Shown here: positions 40,895 through 51,000 of the stretch, piece by piece
Layout: every line of letters begins with the position of its first letter
How positions within the stretch are numbered: position 1 is the stretch's first letter
DNA from: Anaerolineales bacterium
Lineage (GTDB): Bacteria > Chloroflexota > Anaerolineae > Anaerolineales > DRMV01
DNA length: 64,000 nt
Direction: 5' to 3'
Assembly (NCBI GenBank): GCA_026996855.1
Contig: JALWJZ010000103.1
Location: 20,047 to 84,046, forward strand
Notes under the pieces: model-generated
What the model saw: the letters and a program-made list of their open reading frames with translations, nothing else
The model's database searches: none
What the model was told of the DNA's origin: nothing
Position numbers and translations under genes: made by a program

Positions 40895-41295
40895 CACCAT
40901 CCCTCCTTGCGGAAGGTGGCCCTGGCCTGGCCATGAAAATCCGACATGTTCACGCCGAACCAAGAGGCCAGGCCCTTGAAGTAGTTGGGCACGGTGAAGT
41001 CTACGATGACCTGAACCTCACCGCCTCGTTCGGACGCCGCGACGACTCGAACGCGGTATTGCCCTACCGGGGCCACGGCGATGCGCTGCATGGCCGCCTG
41101 ACGTGCGAGAGCGGCCGGATTCTCCTGCGCCACGGAACCCATGCGGGCACCGTAGTTGGCCGCATTGGACGCCAGCAACCCCGCGTAGCCAAAAAGGGCC
41201 AGGTTGAAAAGCCCTATGGAGAGCAACAGAAGCAGCGGGTAGGTAAAAGCGGCTTCTTCCAATTCCCCGCGGCGTTTACGCCACCATCGCCACAT
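40894..41295 (-). CDS. tadE: TadE-family pseudopilin
   Basis: RRG|ELEEAAFTYPLLLLL...AANYGARMG. Confidence 0.8.
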   Translation of the reverse strand: MWRWWRKRRGELEEAAFTYPLLLLLSIGLFNLALFGYAGLLASNAANYGARMGSVAQENPAALARQAAMQRIAVAPVGQYRVRVVAASERGGEVQVIVDFTVPNYFKGLASWFGVNMSDFHGQARATFRKEGW

Positions 41296-41310
41296 CCCAA
41301 TCTCACCTCC

Positions 41311-41490
41311 CTACAAACGGCTGGCCAGAGATTGGAAGGTCTGACTGACACGGCTCCCCAGCGCATACACACCAACTACGGCCACCAAGACGAAGAAAGC
41401 AATGAGTAACGCCTTTTCATCCAGTTCCCCGCGACGCTCTTCCAGCCAAAGGCGCATTTTGATAACCTTCAACATCAGACACTCGACCAT
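41311..41490 (-). CDS. flp: Flp-type pilin, atypical (59 aa)
   Basis: EERRG|ELDEKALLIAFFVLVAVVGVYALGSRVSQTFQSLASRL; AAGGAGGT RBS; own promoter. Confidence 0.78.
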   Translation of the reverse strand: MVECLMLKVIKMRLWLEERRGELDEKALLIAFFVLVAVVGVYALGSRVSQTFQSLASRL

Positions 41491-41520
41491 ATCATTACCT
41501 CCTTCAGGCGGATTTAAAGC

Positions 41521-41591
41521 AAAAAGGCGTACTACCCCTCCGGTAGTACGCCAGTCATTTCGCATTATAGAGCCATGGACGCAATGGTCAA
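41521..41591 (-). promoter_or_regulatory. Sigma70-type promoter plus leader terminator upstream of flp
   Basis: TTGACC-16-TATAAT, then GGCGTACTACC/GGTAGTACGCC stem and T5; homologous to 53152-53228. Confidence 0.75.
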
Positions 41592-41954
41592 GACCAAAGC
41601 GCCTAAAAAGAAACCCGGAAGAGCGGGAAACGGCGACCGAAACCCCTGGCCAGCCCACCACAGCATAGCACCCAACCATGCACCAATGGGCAAAACGGGA
41701 TTAACCAGACTCATAGCGCTCAGGGTCAGCACATCCGCCGAACCCATCCAAGAACGAAGAAGAAGGCCCAAACCAAACCACACCACAGCCCATATCCAGG
41801 CTTCCAGTCCTCCCATAGAGAGACGAAGGGTTATGGCCCAAAACAACATCCCGGCAAGCGTCCATGCATTCACCTGCCGCGAACGCAGGTCCTGCCAGGC
41901 GGCCAGGCCCAACAAGACCAGAAACCCTACCATACCCCAGGCAGAAGCCGCCAT
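41565..41954 (-). CDS. Prepilin peptidase (A24, TadV/CpaA-type)
   Basis: WQDLRSR and MGSAD catalytic Asp motifs, PFPALPG; short multi-TM protein. Confidence 0.78.
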   Translation of the reverse strand: MAASAWGMVGFLVLLGLAAWQDLRSRQVNAWTLAGMLFWAITLRLSMGGLEAWIWAVVWFGLGLLLRSWMGSADVLTLSAMSLVNPVLPIGAWLGAMLWWAGQGFRSPFPALPGFFLGALVLTIASMAL

Positions 41955-42517
41955 CGTACCCTCCGGGCGTACTCGGTGTAACCGTCCAAAATCCCCTCTT
42001 CCCACTGAATACGCAGCAACACCGTTACGGTGAGCACCGCGGCCAGAGCCAGATTGCGCAGGGAGGGGTTCAGAAGCACAACCGGTATCAAACTCAGGGT
42101 TTCCCCAGCATACATAGGGTGTCGAATGAACCGATAAGGGCCGTGTGTGACCAAACCCCGGTCCGCAGGTGCAACACCAAAAGCCGCACCCAGGGAAACC
42201 ATCCCCCACAAAGCCAGGCCCACACCCACCAGGCCCAATGCTTCAGCCCACCATGTCGTATGACCCGCTTCCAATCCCTGGGGGAGAACAGCGTCTATCC
42301 ATGCGATGACCTTCTGATACCAGGGAGCGTCTCTCCGGGCCGCCCGCCGATGCCAAAGGCGGAAGGCAGCCAATCCGCCGTGCAAAGCCACGGCCAAGGA
42401 CAACCAATTTCCCATATCTACAAACCGGCGCAGATTGATGCCGGCCAGCAGAACCAGGAAAGCAGTACCTATCAGGGTGAGGCAAACATGGAGAACACGG
42501 GAGCACCCAGTACCCAT
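41927..42517 (-). CDS. Isoprenylcysteine carboxyl/phospholipid methyltransferase family membrane protein
   Basis: LVTHGPYRFIRHPMYAG...RIQWEE..L..Y..Y...V.WRLLPG; start uncertain. Confidence 0.85.
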   Translation of the reverse strand: MGTGCSRVLHVCLTLIGTAFLVLLAGINLRRFVDMGNWLSLAVALHGGLAAFRLWHRRAARRDAPWYQKVIAWIDAVLPQGLEAGHTTWWAEALGLVGVGLALWGMVSLGAAFGVAPADRGLVTHGPYRFIRHPMYAGETLSLIPVVLLNPSLRNLALAAVLTVTVLLRIQWEEGILDGYTEYARRVRWRLLPGVW

Positions 42518-43332
42518 AGAAGGAACCCCACGAAAGGCATGAAGTAAAAGATAGCCGCGGCCAACACCAACTGGCTGTCCAGTTTCTTGGCCCGTGCCAT
42601 AACGTCTGTGCGATATTCACGAGCCATAGCGCGGGCAATTTCCGACATGAGAAAAGCCCCCTGGGTACCCTTCCGGGCCACCATGTCCAATTGGACGGCC
42701 AGCATCAAAATTTCCGGCACACCGCGGGAAAACTTGCGGGCATAATCCAGGAACATGCCCACCGCAGGGGGACGGGAAAACAGCGGACGTCCGGTTTTCC
42801 GAGCCTGCTCGACGGCCTCAGCAATGAAACGGTGAAGCGGGCCTGAGAGTTGCGCGGCGCGTTCCAAAGCCAGGTCCGGTGATGCGCCCGCGGCCAGTTC
42901 CGCAGCCATGACAGTTGCCAATTCAGGAAGTTGACGTTTAGCCAATCGCTTCGCGCGGGAGGCCCGGTTTCGTACTTTGAGGATGGGGTAATACGTGAGA
43001 AGCAGGGGCAGAAACCAGGCCAACCCTTTTGGAATGCCAACAACCAGGAAAAGGGCCAGATACCCAAATGCCGTCATGACCGCGGCTTCCCCAAGGACGC
43101 GGTACGCCGTCACGTTTTTCAAGTACCCGGCTCGCTGCGCCCAGGTCAAATCCTCTCGGATACGCTTGAGGGAAAACGGGAAACGCTTGGCCAACCAAGC
43201 CCCAAATTGCTCCAAGGTACCCCCTTCTCTTCCGCGGTATTCAGCCAAAATCGCGGTCGGACGGCGAGATAGTCCCAAATCCAAGGCCCAATATACGGCC
43301 AGGCCCAAAGCAAACGCTGCGAAGAAAGTCAT
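42472..43332 (-). CDS. tadC: TadC-like (T2SSF-domain) platform protein
   Basis: RQLPELATVMAAELAAGASPDLAL; TM pattern; follows TadB. Confidence 0.75.
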   Translation of the reverse strand: MTFFAAFALGLAVYWALDLGLSRRPTAILAEYRGREGGTLEQFGAWLAKRFPFSLKRIREDLTWAQRAGYLKNVTAYRVLGEAAVMTAFGYLALFLVVGIPKGLAWFLPLLLTYYPILKVRNRASRAKRLAKRQLPELATVMAAELAAGASPDLALERAAQLSGPLHRFIAEAVEQARKTGRPLFSRPPAVGMFLDYARKFSRGVPEILMLAVQLDMVARKGTQGAFLMSEIARAMAREYRTDVMARAKKLDSQLVLAAAIFYFMPFVGFLLWVLGAPVFSMFASP

Positions 43333-44249
43333 AGGCTCACCTCCCGAATGAGGCCCTGGATATAGAAATAGCCCACCACCCCCCAGACCACGAGAAGCAC
43401 CAAAAGTACCTGATTGAACGGCTGGTAAAACAGGGCTTTGGTCTGGGGGTTGGACATGATGACAACAAGACCGGTACCCAAGGCCAACAAAATCACTCGG
43501 ATAGTACCCCATGCACCGGCCGCCGCGGCCATGGCCTCGGCGCGGGCGTCCAGGATGTGGGTGAGGTTCTCGGCCACCATGTTGAAAGCCTCTACATAAC
43601 CCACGCCGCCGGTTTCCCACACGCGCTTCAATTCCCGAAGGAACAGCACCAGAGTTGGCGAAAGCATTTCGGCTTCCTGGATGGCTTGTTGAAAAGCGCG
43701 GCCGGGTTCCCGGTGAAGCCGATGGACGAAGGTCTGCATCCACTTCCTCAGCGGGCTGTTCTGCTCCATGCTTTCGAGCACTTCATCCAGGGCTTGCAAA
43801 AGATTGGGGGTGATGGGAAGGGTGGCAGCCAGGCGGGTCAGCACCAAAGGGAGTTCCTTTTCCATGCGCTGACGAAAGTCCTTCCACTTGGTCTCTACCC
43901 AGGTGCGCACCAGGAAATAAGATGCTACAGGGGATGCAAGGACAAAGACAGGTGGTAGAAACACCGCGGCCAGACTGCCCACCACGACGGTGGAAGCCAG
44001 AACACCAAACCAAAAGGCCCTGTTTTCCCAACCTTTGACGTCCAGGCCCAGGGATTGGAAAGCCAGGCGAATGGGCAACGCCCGGTCAACAATCAACGTT
44101 TTTTGGTCGTCACGGCTTCGCATGTATTGCCGCAAGGTAGTCTGCACCCGGTGGCTATTCCAAAGGGATAGTCCCAAATCCAAAGCCCAGTAAACAGCCA
44201 GGCCCAAAGCAAACGCCACTATGATGGGTATAACCAAATCCATCATCAT
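43329..44249 (-). CDS. tadB: TadB-like (T2SSF-domain) platform protein
   Basis: KELPLVLTRLAATL..NLLQAL, ETGG; follows CpaF. Confidence 0.75.
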   Translation of the reverse strand: MMMDLVIPIIVAFALGLAVYWALDLGLSLWNSHRVQTTLRQYMRSRDDQKTLIVDRALPIRLAFQSLGLDVKGWENRAFWFGVLASTVVVGSLAAVFLPPVFVLASPVASYFLVRTWVETKWKDFRQRMEKELPLVLTRLAATLPITPNLLQALDEVLESMEQNSPLRKWMQTFVHRLHREPGRAFQQAIQEAEMLSPTLVLFLRELKRVWETGGVGYVEAFNMVAENLTHILDARAEAMAAAAGAWGTIRVILLALGTGLVVIMSNPQTKALFYQPFNQVLLVLLVVWGVVGYFYIQGLIREVSL

Positions 44250-45472
44250 CGCCGCTCCCTGGTGAGGGGTTCCATGGAAGTGTCGCCGTAACGGTACACC
44301 TGGCGGAACTTCACATCTCCGCCTTTGAAACCTGCAACTTCGTGAACGGCCAGCACCCGCCGTTTGCCGTCCGCCCAACCCACGGTGACCACCACATCTA
44401 TGGCCTGCTCGAAGATGGCTTTGGCGGCCTCCATACGCACCTGGGCGTCGGCGAACATGATGACGGCCAGACGAAACACCGCGTGCTGGGGACTTTCCGC
44501 GTGGAACGTAGACAGACCGGGGTGGTCGGACATCTGGGCGCGGAACAGGGCCAGGGCTGCATCGCCCGTGCGCACCTCACCCACGATGAGCCATTGCGGT
44601 GCCATGCGCATAGCATCGTCCACGCCGTCCTTCAGGGTGTACGGCGGTACCTGGCTTCCGGGCATGGAAGACCGGGCTTCGAGCGTGACCACATTGGGAT
44701 GCCGGAGCCAGATTTCTTCAGGGTCCTCAATCTTCACCACGCGTGCATCGGCCGGGATGCCCCCGTTGGCCAGGGCACTGAGGAAAGTGGTCTTGCCCGT
44801 GGCCGTGCCACCAATGACCAAAACCCGCAGTTTTCGCCCGACCGCGGCGCATAAAGCGTCCATGACAAAATCCGGGGCCATTTCCCAGGCAATGATGTCC
44901 TGGGGCAGGATGGGTCGGGCTTCAAACAAACGAATGTTAATGGCGGGGTACCCTTCCCCTGGGGCCAACACAGGATGCACGATTTTTACACGTGCGCCCC
45001 CCGTTCCATGGAACCGAGGCAAACGAGCGTTTACTGAAGGATTGGCTTCGTTCAAAGCCCGCCCCGTAGGGGCCAACAGGGCTTCCACAGCGCGCCAGGC
45101 TTCTTCTACTGTGGGGCGATAATCCCACGGCTCGAAATGCTCAGCCCCTTTTCGCAACAACCACACCGAGCCATCAGGGTTCAAAGCAATCTCGGTCAGG
45201 TCGTTTCGAGAAGGAGGCAATAGCGCACCAAGAAAACCCATCCCGCCCACTTGAGCGGCTGCTCGGCGCGCCATATCTTCCACCAACACCGGCCCCGCGG
45301 TTAGACCCTTTTCTGCAAGGAGGCGGTGCACTTCTTGGCGGGCCTCTTTCAAGAGGGCTTCTGTATCCCGAACCACGGCAAGGGGTAGCCGTCCTAACCG
45401 TTCCACAGCTTCCCGAACGATGTTGTCCTGGTGCTCTGTGGTTAGCGTTTGGGCAAATTGCGTCCAGGTCAT
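44246..45472 (-). CDS. cpaF: CpaF/TadA pilus assembly ATPase
   Basis: GGTATGKTT, IEDPEE, DAMRMAPQWLIVGEVR, STFHA. Confidence 0.9.
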   Translation of the reverse strand: MTWTQFAQTLTTEHQDNIVREAVERLGRLPLAVVRDTEALLKEARQEVHRLLAEKGLTAGPVLVEDMARRAAAQVGGMGFLGALLPPSRNDLTEIALNPDGSVWLLRKGAEHFEPWDYRPTVEEAWRAVEALLAPTGRALNEANPSVNARLPRFHGTGGARVKIVHPVLAPGEGYPAINIRLFEARPILPQDIIAWEMAPDFVMDALCAAVGRKLRVLVIGGTATGKTTFLSALANGGIPADARVVKIEDPEEIWLRHPNVVTLEARSSMPGSQVPPYTLKDGVDDAMRMAPQWLIVGEVRTGDAALALFRAQMSDHPGLSTFHAESPQHAVFRLAVIMFADAQVRMEAAKAIFEQAIDVVVTVGWADGKRRVLAVHEVAGFKGGDVKFRQVYRYGDTSMEPLTRERR

Positions 45473-45491
45473 GACTCCCTCGCTTCCGGTC

Positions 45492-46754
45492 TCACGTTCG
45501 CACCTTTACCCGCACCGGTCCCATCCGATACTCCTGGGCTGCGTTGGATGCGGCTGCGACCGCGGGCATGGGCGGAACCAATGCATTGACAAGTCCCTGA
45601 ATAGCCTTTCGAAACTCCCCCACACCCAGTGGGGACTGACGTCGGTCCTGGGCCACGGCCACCGCGGACAGGAAAGGAATGGTCGCGGCCAAAGGCGGGA
45701 AAGTGGCCCCCGACACGTCCCGCAGCATCTCTGTTGCGGCCCGGTGCCATTCTTTGGGCGCGATGCGTCCGCCCACCATGTTCAGGGCCACCAAGATGTG
45801 ATTCGCGGGCAGGCGGTGCTCGCCGGACACGCGTTCGGTGACCGTGCGGTAGGCTTCCACAGTGCTCAGGATGTCGGCCAGAGAAGGTCTGGCTACCAAC
45901 ACCAAATGAGTGGCCGCAGTGATGGCTTGGGCCGCGATATTCGCGTTAGGGGTGTCCAGGACGAGCAGGGCATACCCTGCCCTGGCCGCGGTGCTCACCA
46001 ACGCAGACAGCGAAGCCGGGTTTTCGGTAGGCAATGCGGAAAAGCGGGCCTCGGTGAGTACATCCGGGAACCCCCCTAACACGGCCAGGCCGTTCAGCAT
46101 TTGCAAACTTTCCTGCAACCCTTCTACCGAGGGATTGGCCATCCAGGATGTGATATTGGGTTCAGGCTTCAAGCCCAGAACCAGGGGGTTGGTGTCCGGG
46201 GTATCCAGGCCCACCAACATGGTGGGCACGCCGCGAGTTGCGGCTTCCAGGGCCACTGCCGCGGCCAATGTGCTTTTCCCCGTACCGCCTGCATGATTCC
46301 AGAACATCACCACGCGAAAACCCACCACCAACGCGGGGCCAGATGGGGCCGCTTGCGGCGAAACCTCTGCCCCACCCCATCCCCCTGTGGTTGTCATGAC
46401 TGCGGCGGCCACAATGCGGTCGGGAAGTTTGTGCAGGTCTTCGAAATCCCCTATATGCACCTCCCGCACCCTGGGCATCTGGGCAAAGGCCTGACGCATC
46501 TCCGCGGCCTGGGGCGGCAGGACCAGAAAGACCTCCGCCTGTACGGCCTGCAGGAACCGCTGCAGGGGGTCCGGCCCACCGAAGAGGGTGGCATCCAGGA
46601 CCAAGGCCTGGGGGTTGTAGGCCATCTTGGATTGCAGGTCTTCGACGCTCAGGGCCACCGAGACCACATGGAGCCGGTCGTCGTCGCTGAGCACCGGCCC
46701 CCATACGTTGAGGCGAGGCATGGGAGCGGCAATCAAAACCGTGACCTTGGTCAT
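45492..46754 (-). CDS. CpaE/TadZ-like protein (pseudo-receiver plus MinD-like ATPase)
   Basis: N-terminal receiver-like fold, AGGTGKST, LVLDTP. Confidence 0.75.
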   Translation of the reverse strand: MTKVTVLIAAPMPRLNVWGPVLSDDDRLHVVSVALSVEDLQSKMAYNPQALVLDATLFGGPDPLQRFLQAVQAEVFLVLPPQAAEMRQAFAQMPRVREVHIGDFEDLHKLPDRIVAAAVMTTTGGWGGAEVSPQAAPSGPALVVGFRVVMFWNHAGGTGKSTLAAAVALEAATRGVPTMLVGLDTPDTNPLVLGLKPEPNITSWMANPSVEGLQESLQMLNGLAVLGGFPDVLTEARFSALPTENPASLSALVSTAARAGYALLVLDTPNANIAAQAITAATHLVLVARPSLADILSTVEAYRTVTERVSGEHRLPANHILVALNMVGGRIAPKEWHRAATEMLRDVSGATFPPLAATIPFLSAVAVAQDRRQSPLGVGEFRKAIQGLVNALVPPMPAVAAASNAAQEYRMGPVRVKVRT

Positions 46755-47599
46755 TTGCTTTCCTCCGCTTGCTCGGATGGTTGCGGAAACACCACCATAG
46801 CGGGCACGAAGAAGCCCGAAGTCCGAATGCTGACCTCAGCATTCGGGGGAACCAAAAAGAGGCTCAAGCGCGCGCCATCCGACATTTGCAAAGCAGCCAG
46901 CAATTCCACGGGGTTCACAGGCATGGTGACGTTTTCCGCTCCGAACGTTTGAAACTCGTACACCACATTCACCGGCTCTGCAGGTACGGCCACCACCACT
47001 GCCCCCTCTTTAGATTTCATGGAGCCAATACTCCCCAAAAGGGGGTCCTCACTGCCCGTTTCTTGCAAAGCCTGGAACTCCGGCGATACGTATAGCACCC
47101 GCAACCCTTCAATGACCACCTTAGCGTAATCCCCTGAGACCAGGGGCGTTTGCGCTTCCCCTGCTTCTTCCACAGGGAAACGGGCCAGGATGGCCTGGAC
47201 AAAAGTCTGGTCGTCAATAAGAGCGACCACGCCCACCTTGTCACCGGGCTTGAGCACACCCGCGACGCCGGAGGCATCGTCCACCTGGATGGCCATCGCA
47301 CGCTCGTCGGGATTGAGGTCGAACTGCCATGGTCCCAGATGGGCCTGACGAATCACATCCCCCGCGCTCCGTGGTACGGCCAGGGTCTGGCCCAAGACGC
47401 TCTCGATGGATGTCAATGCGTCTTCAGGGGCCAGGTTTTCGGGCATGGCTTGCAGGGTCACGTCTCCTTCCGAGATGACCTGACCGGGGGCCAGGTCGCG
47501 AGCGGCGACCACAACTTGAACGGTTTGAGTCTGTGAAAGCAAGTACACCACCGCGGCCACCAACAGAGCGATGCCAATGCGCAGCGCTTTACTCAACAT
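46751..47599 (-). CDS. cpaB: Flp pilus assembly protein CpaB/RcpC
   Basis: VVVAARDLAPGQVI (SAF), ERAMAIQVD..SGVAGVLKPGDKV. Confidence 0.88.
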   Translation of the reverse strand: MLSKALRIGIALLVAAVVYLLSQTQTVQVVVAARDLAPGQVISEGDVTLQAMPENLAPEDALTSIESVLGQTLAVPRSAGDVIRQAHLGPWQFDLNPDERAMAIQVDDASGVAGVLKPGDKVGVVALIDDQTFVQAILARFPVEEAGEAQTPLVSGDYAKVVIEGLRVLYVSPEFQALQETGSEDPLLGSIGSMKSKEGAVVVAVPAEPVNVVYEFQTFGAENVTMPVNPVELLAALQMSDGARLSLFLVPPNAEVSIRTSGFFVPAMVVFPQPSEQAEESK

Positions 47600-47777
47600 G
47601 GCTTTTCTCCTTCTTCACGGTCTGTTTGGCAATCAACAAAAGCGTCAAGGCTTCTTCCAGGGATTTCCAATCCACGTCCAGCACATGCTGGTTTTGGTCC
47701 ACCACCACAACCAGGGCCCGGTTGCCTTGCAGTAAACGCTTCACGGTCTCTTCCAGAACTCGTTTCACATCGTTCAT
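47589..47777 (-). CDS. Hypothetical protein (62 aa)
   Basis: GAGGT RBS, coupled overlaps at both ends. Confidence 0.6.
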   Translation of the reverse strand: MNDVKRVLEETVKRLLQGNRALVVVVDQNQHVLDVDWKSLEEALTLLLIAKQTVKKEKSHVE

Positions 47778-48043
47778 GGCGCCACCTCGTTTGCACTGGT
47801 TGCCGTCATCGTGGGGCCGGGTGTCACGGTTGGCGTGTACACCCAATGTGGAGGCGGAGTGACCCCCTGCCACCATCCCGAAAGGGTGGGTGTGGGTGTG
47901 GCCGTGGAGGGCACGGTCACCATCCATGCCGTAGGCGTTGGGGTTCTCCCGCCATTTCCACTCCAGGACAGACCTCCCAGGGCCATAAGCATGGCCAGCA
48001 GAAAAACCAACAGCACCAGGAACCCCATGACGCTTTGCTTCAT
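47774..48043 (-). CDS. Small membrane-anchored Pro/Thr-rich protein
   Basis: N-terminal TM, TPTPT repeats, GGAGG RBS. Confidence 0.65.
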   Translation of the reverse strand: MKQSVMGFLVLLVFLLAMLMALGGLSWSGNGGRTPTPTAWMVTVPSTATPTPTLSGWWQGVTPPPHWVYTPTVTPGPTMTATSANEVAP

Positions 48044-51000
48044 ATCCGTATCCTCCCCAGTCGCGCAGCGATTTCCGTGTCGTCTGGCTCCGGTACGTCC
48101 AGCATCAAGGGTTTGAAAAGCACGGGGCGCTGATAAGCCCGGTCGAAGGTGTATGGGAAGCGACCAATTTGCAGGCCAATGGGCATATCGGTGAGGAAGC
48201 GCCGCCATTCCTCATCGCGGAAACCTTTCTCCGAGAAACCCAGGGCGGCCAGCACGATGTCCTTGTCCCTGGGGTTCTTGAGGAAGGCGATGCACAGGTT
48301 GTTGCAGGAACTGATGATGTCCTGGGGAATGAGGGAAGGGGCCTGGGTGATGACGTGCAAACGCACGCCGTACTTCCGCGCATCCCGGAACATGTCTCCG
48401 AAACGCTGGGCCGCAGAGATGCCCTCCTCGGCCTCTTCAAAGGACGCGGCCCCAAAAATCTTGTTGGCCTCTTCGAAGAAAATTTGCAACAACGGCTCAT
48501 CGGGACCGGCCAGGTGGCGCACCCGGCGGGTCATCATGTCCATGTAGAGGTGCCAGCCCAACCATCCCAGCAGGAAAGCCTTACCGAAGTCGTCCAGGAA
48601 GGAGCCGCCTTCCACAATGAGGATGCCCCAGGGCCGGGCCATTTCCTCCACGGGCACCACGTCCGGCCCCGGCTCGAACATCCGGGACGCCGCTCCCTGA
48701 ACCAGGGGGTTGAGCCGGTACAGAATGCCCTCCAGCACCCCCTGAAGCATGGTGTCCCGCGGAGGCACGGTAGTCAGTTTTTCCTGGACCTGACGGTACA
48801 GGTCAGCCAGGCCCACCTTGCTACTTCGATGCACCGCGATGGCTTGCTTTTGTTCCCAGGTGAGGTCGCTCAGGGGTGTTCCCGCGGAAACACCCACCAG
48901 GTCGGCCTCGTCGGGCTGCACCCTGCCCCATTTGGGGTCGGTGCGGATTTCGGGGTCGTCCACCAGAACCCCGGCCCGCAGGTACACTTGTCGCAACGCG
49001 TCCAGAAGTTCCTGTTTCTGTCGGCGCACGCCCAGGCGGGCGATGGAACCAAAGATGTCCGCAAAGGCTCGCCACTGGGTTTCGGGGTCAATGTTGCGAC
49101 CGATTTGGAGGGGGTTCCAGCGCAGGGGCCGGGGAGCATCGGGCCAGAGTTGACGAATGTCCACGTGCCCTTCCAGGCCGGGCGCGTTGAGAAGCGCCCG
49201 CCAGCCCGCGCCGAAGTCCAGCACCACGGTGCGGGTGCGCCATTTGAGCGTGGTCTCATAGGCCATGCGGATGGCCGATACCGATTTCCCCCACCCCGTG
49301 TCCCCTGCAAACAGGGTATGGAAAAGCCGCCGTTGGTCCAGGCGCACAGGCGCGGTGGTGAGTTCGTGGGTAGTGGGCGAAACCTGGTGCCCCAGCACCA
49401 CATCGCCGGGCATGTCGGGATAGAACCCCATGCCCTCCGGGATGGGTGCCATGACGGTCACCGTGGACCCTTCTTCGATGAGCGCGGGTGCGGTATATGC
49501 GGCCACCTGGCCCGCGGTGAGTAGGGTCGTGTACTTGGTCCAGAGTTTTCCACCAAAGGGGTCGTTCTCCGCAGGTCCATGCCAGGGCAGAAAAGCCAGG
49601 GCGTGATAGCGCAGGGGTTCCACGTCCTGGGGTTCTGGATGCACGGTAAGCACGGGTGTGGGCACGTTCGGCCCATGGAAGGCCTGGGGAACTAGGCTTT
49701 CCACCGCGGCTGCGGCCTCTTCGTCGTCCACCCATATCAGGGCCTCGGTCATAAAGCCGCCCTCCGCGCTGGCCTGGTTGAGGATACCCTCCAGTCCCCG
49801 CAGGATTTCCGTGAGGCGCATGGCCACGTCGTCTTCGGTTTGCCAGGAACGCCCAATGCTGACGCCGGGCACCAGGCCCGCGCTCAGGCCCGAAACCCAT
49901 CCGTATCCACCGGCATGGCCTGCCGCGTTGGACACGCCTTTGCTCTCTGCATGGGACAGCCCCCACCCCTCACTTTTCGTATCCGCTTGCGACCAGGTGT
50001 CGGATTGGCTTCTTGTGGTGGACCAGAACCGGGACACGGACACGGATTTCCCTTTCGTATGTGCGTGGCTGTGGGTGACACTGGTTGTATCCGCCGTCCC
50101 CCAGGTTTCTGACCGTCCCGTGGTATGCGCGGTGCCATGGGTCACCGTGGTACTGGAAAAGGTGCCCGATGTTGTCGTCACTCCCCACGTACTCGCACCG
50201 CCCACAGAAGCGCTCACCGTATCGGAGGTGGAAGTGGTATTGGCATCACTTTGCATGGTACTGATGGAGCCCGACAACGATGCACTCCGTGACGCGCTCT
50301 GGGTACCGGACCAGCCGACTTCTCCAGACACATTGGCGTTCCATCCACCATTCACGCCTGCCCCTAACGTTCCAGGTACACCCAGGCTCACGTTGCCTCC
50401 GGCATGATAACCTGCACTCCCCCCTACACTGGCGCTTTGTGTAAAGGATTGTCCCACCGTGAGGCTTTGGCCTACGGTTATGCCTTGGGTGGTGCCGGAA
50501 GTATGCGTTTTGGCCGTCCCCGTTGTATGGGCACCACCTATGGACCAGCTCGAAGAGCCTCCTGCGCTATGACCCACAGAGCCACTTGTTCCCTCAGTAT
50601 GGCTGACGGAAGTGCTGTGGGTCGTGCTTTCAAAGGTGCCCACGGAATGGCTCACCGTATGTGCCCGTCCGTGCGCCACGCCTGTGGTGTCTGCTGAACT
50701 GTGGGTAACGGTCACGCTTCCACCAGTCGTATGGGCCACGCCCTCTGTGTGGGCATAGCCCTCAGTATGGGCCTGGCCCCACTGCCGGGATACCCCGTCC
50801 GTGTGGGCCACACTTTCCGCACGTCCTGCCATGCCCGAGTGGGAAAGGGTGCGACCCAGGGCGGCCATGATGGGCACGCCCAGGGAAAAGCCGATACTGA
50901 GGGCCCCTCGCTGCCGCGAGGCCACGATGGACGCCAGTTGCGCCACTTCTACCAGGGTTTTGGACAGATAACGCCGGGGCAGGGCCTCGGCCACGGTCTG

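Noticed and set aside
49840-50900. Intein or DNA tandem repeat in the ATPase
   Set aside because: No intein terminal residues or endonuclease motifs; repetition is at the amino-acid level only.
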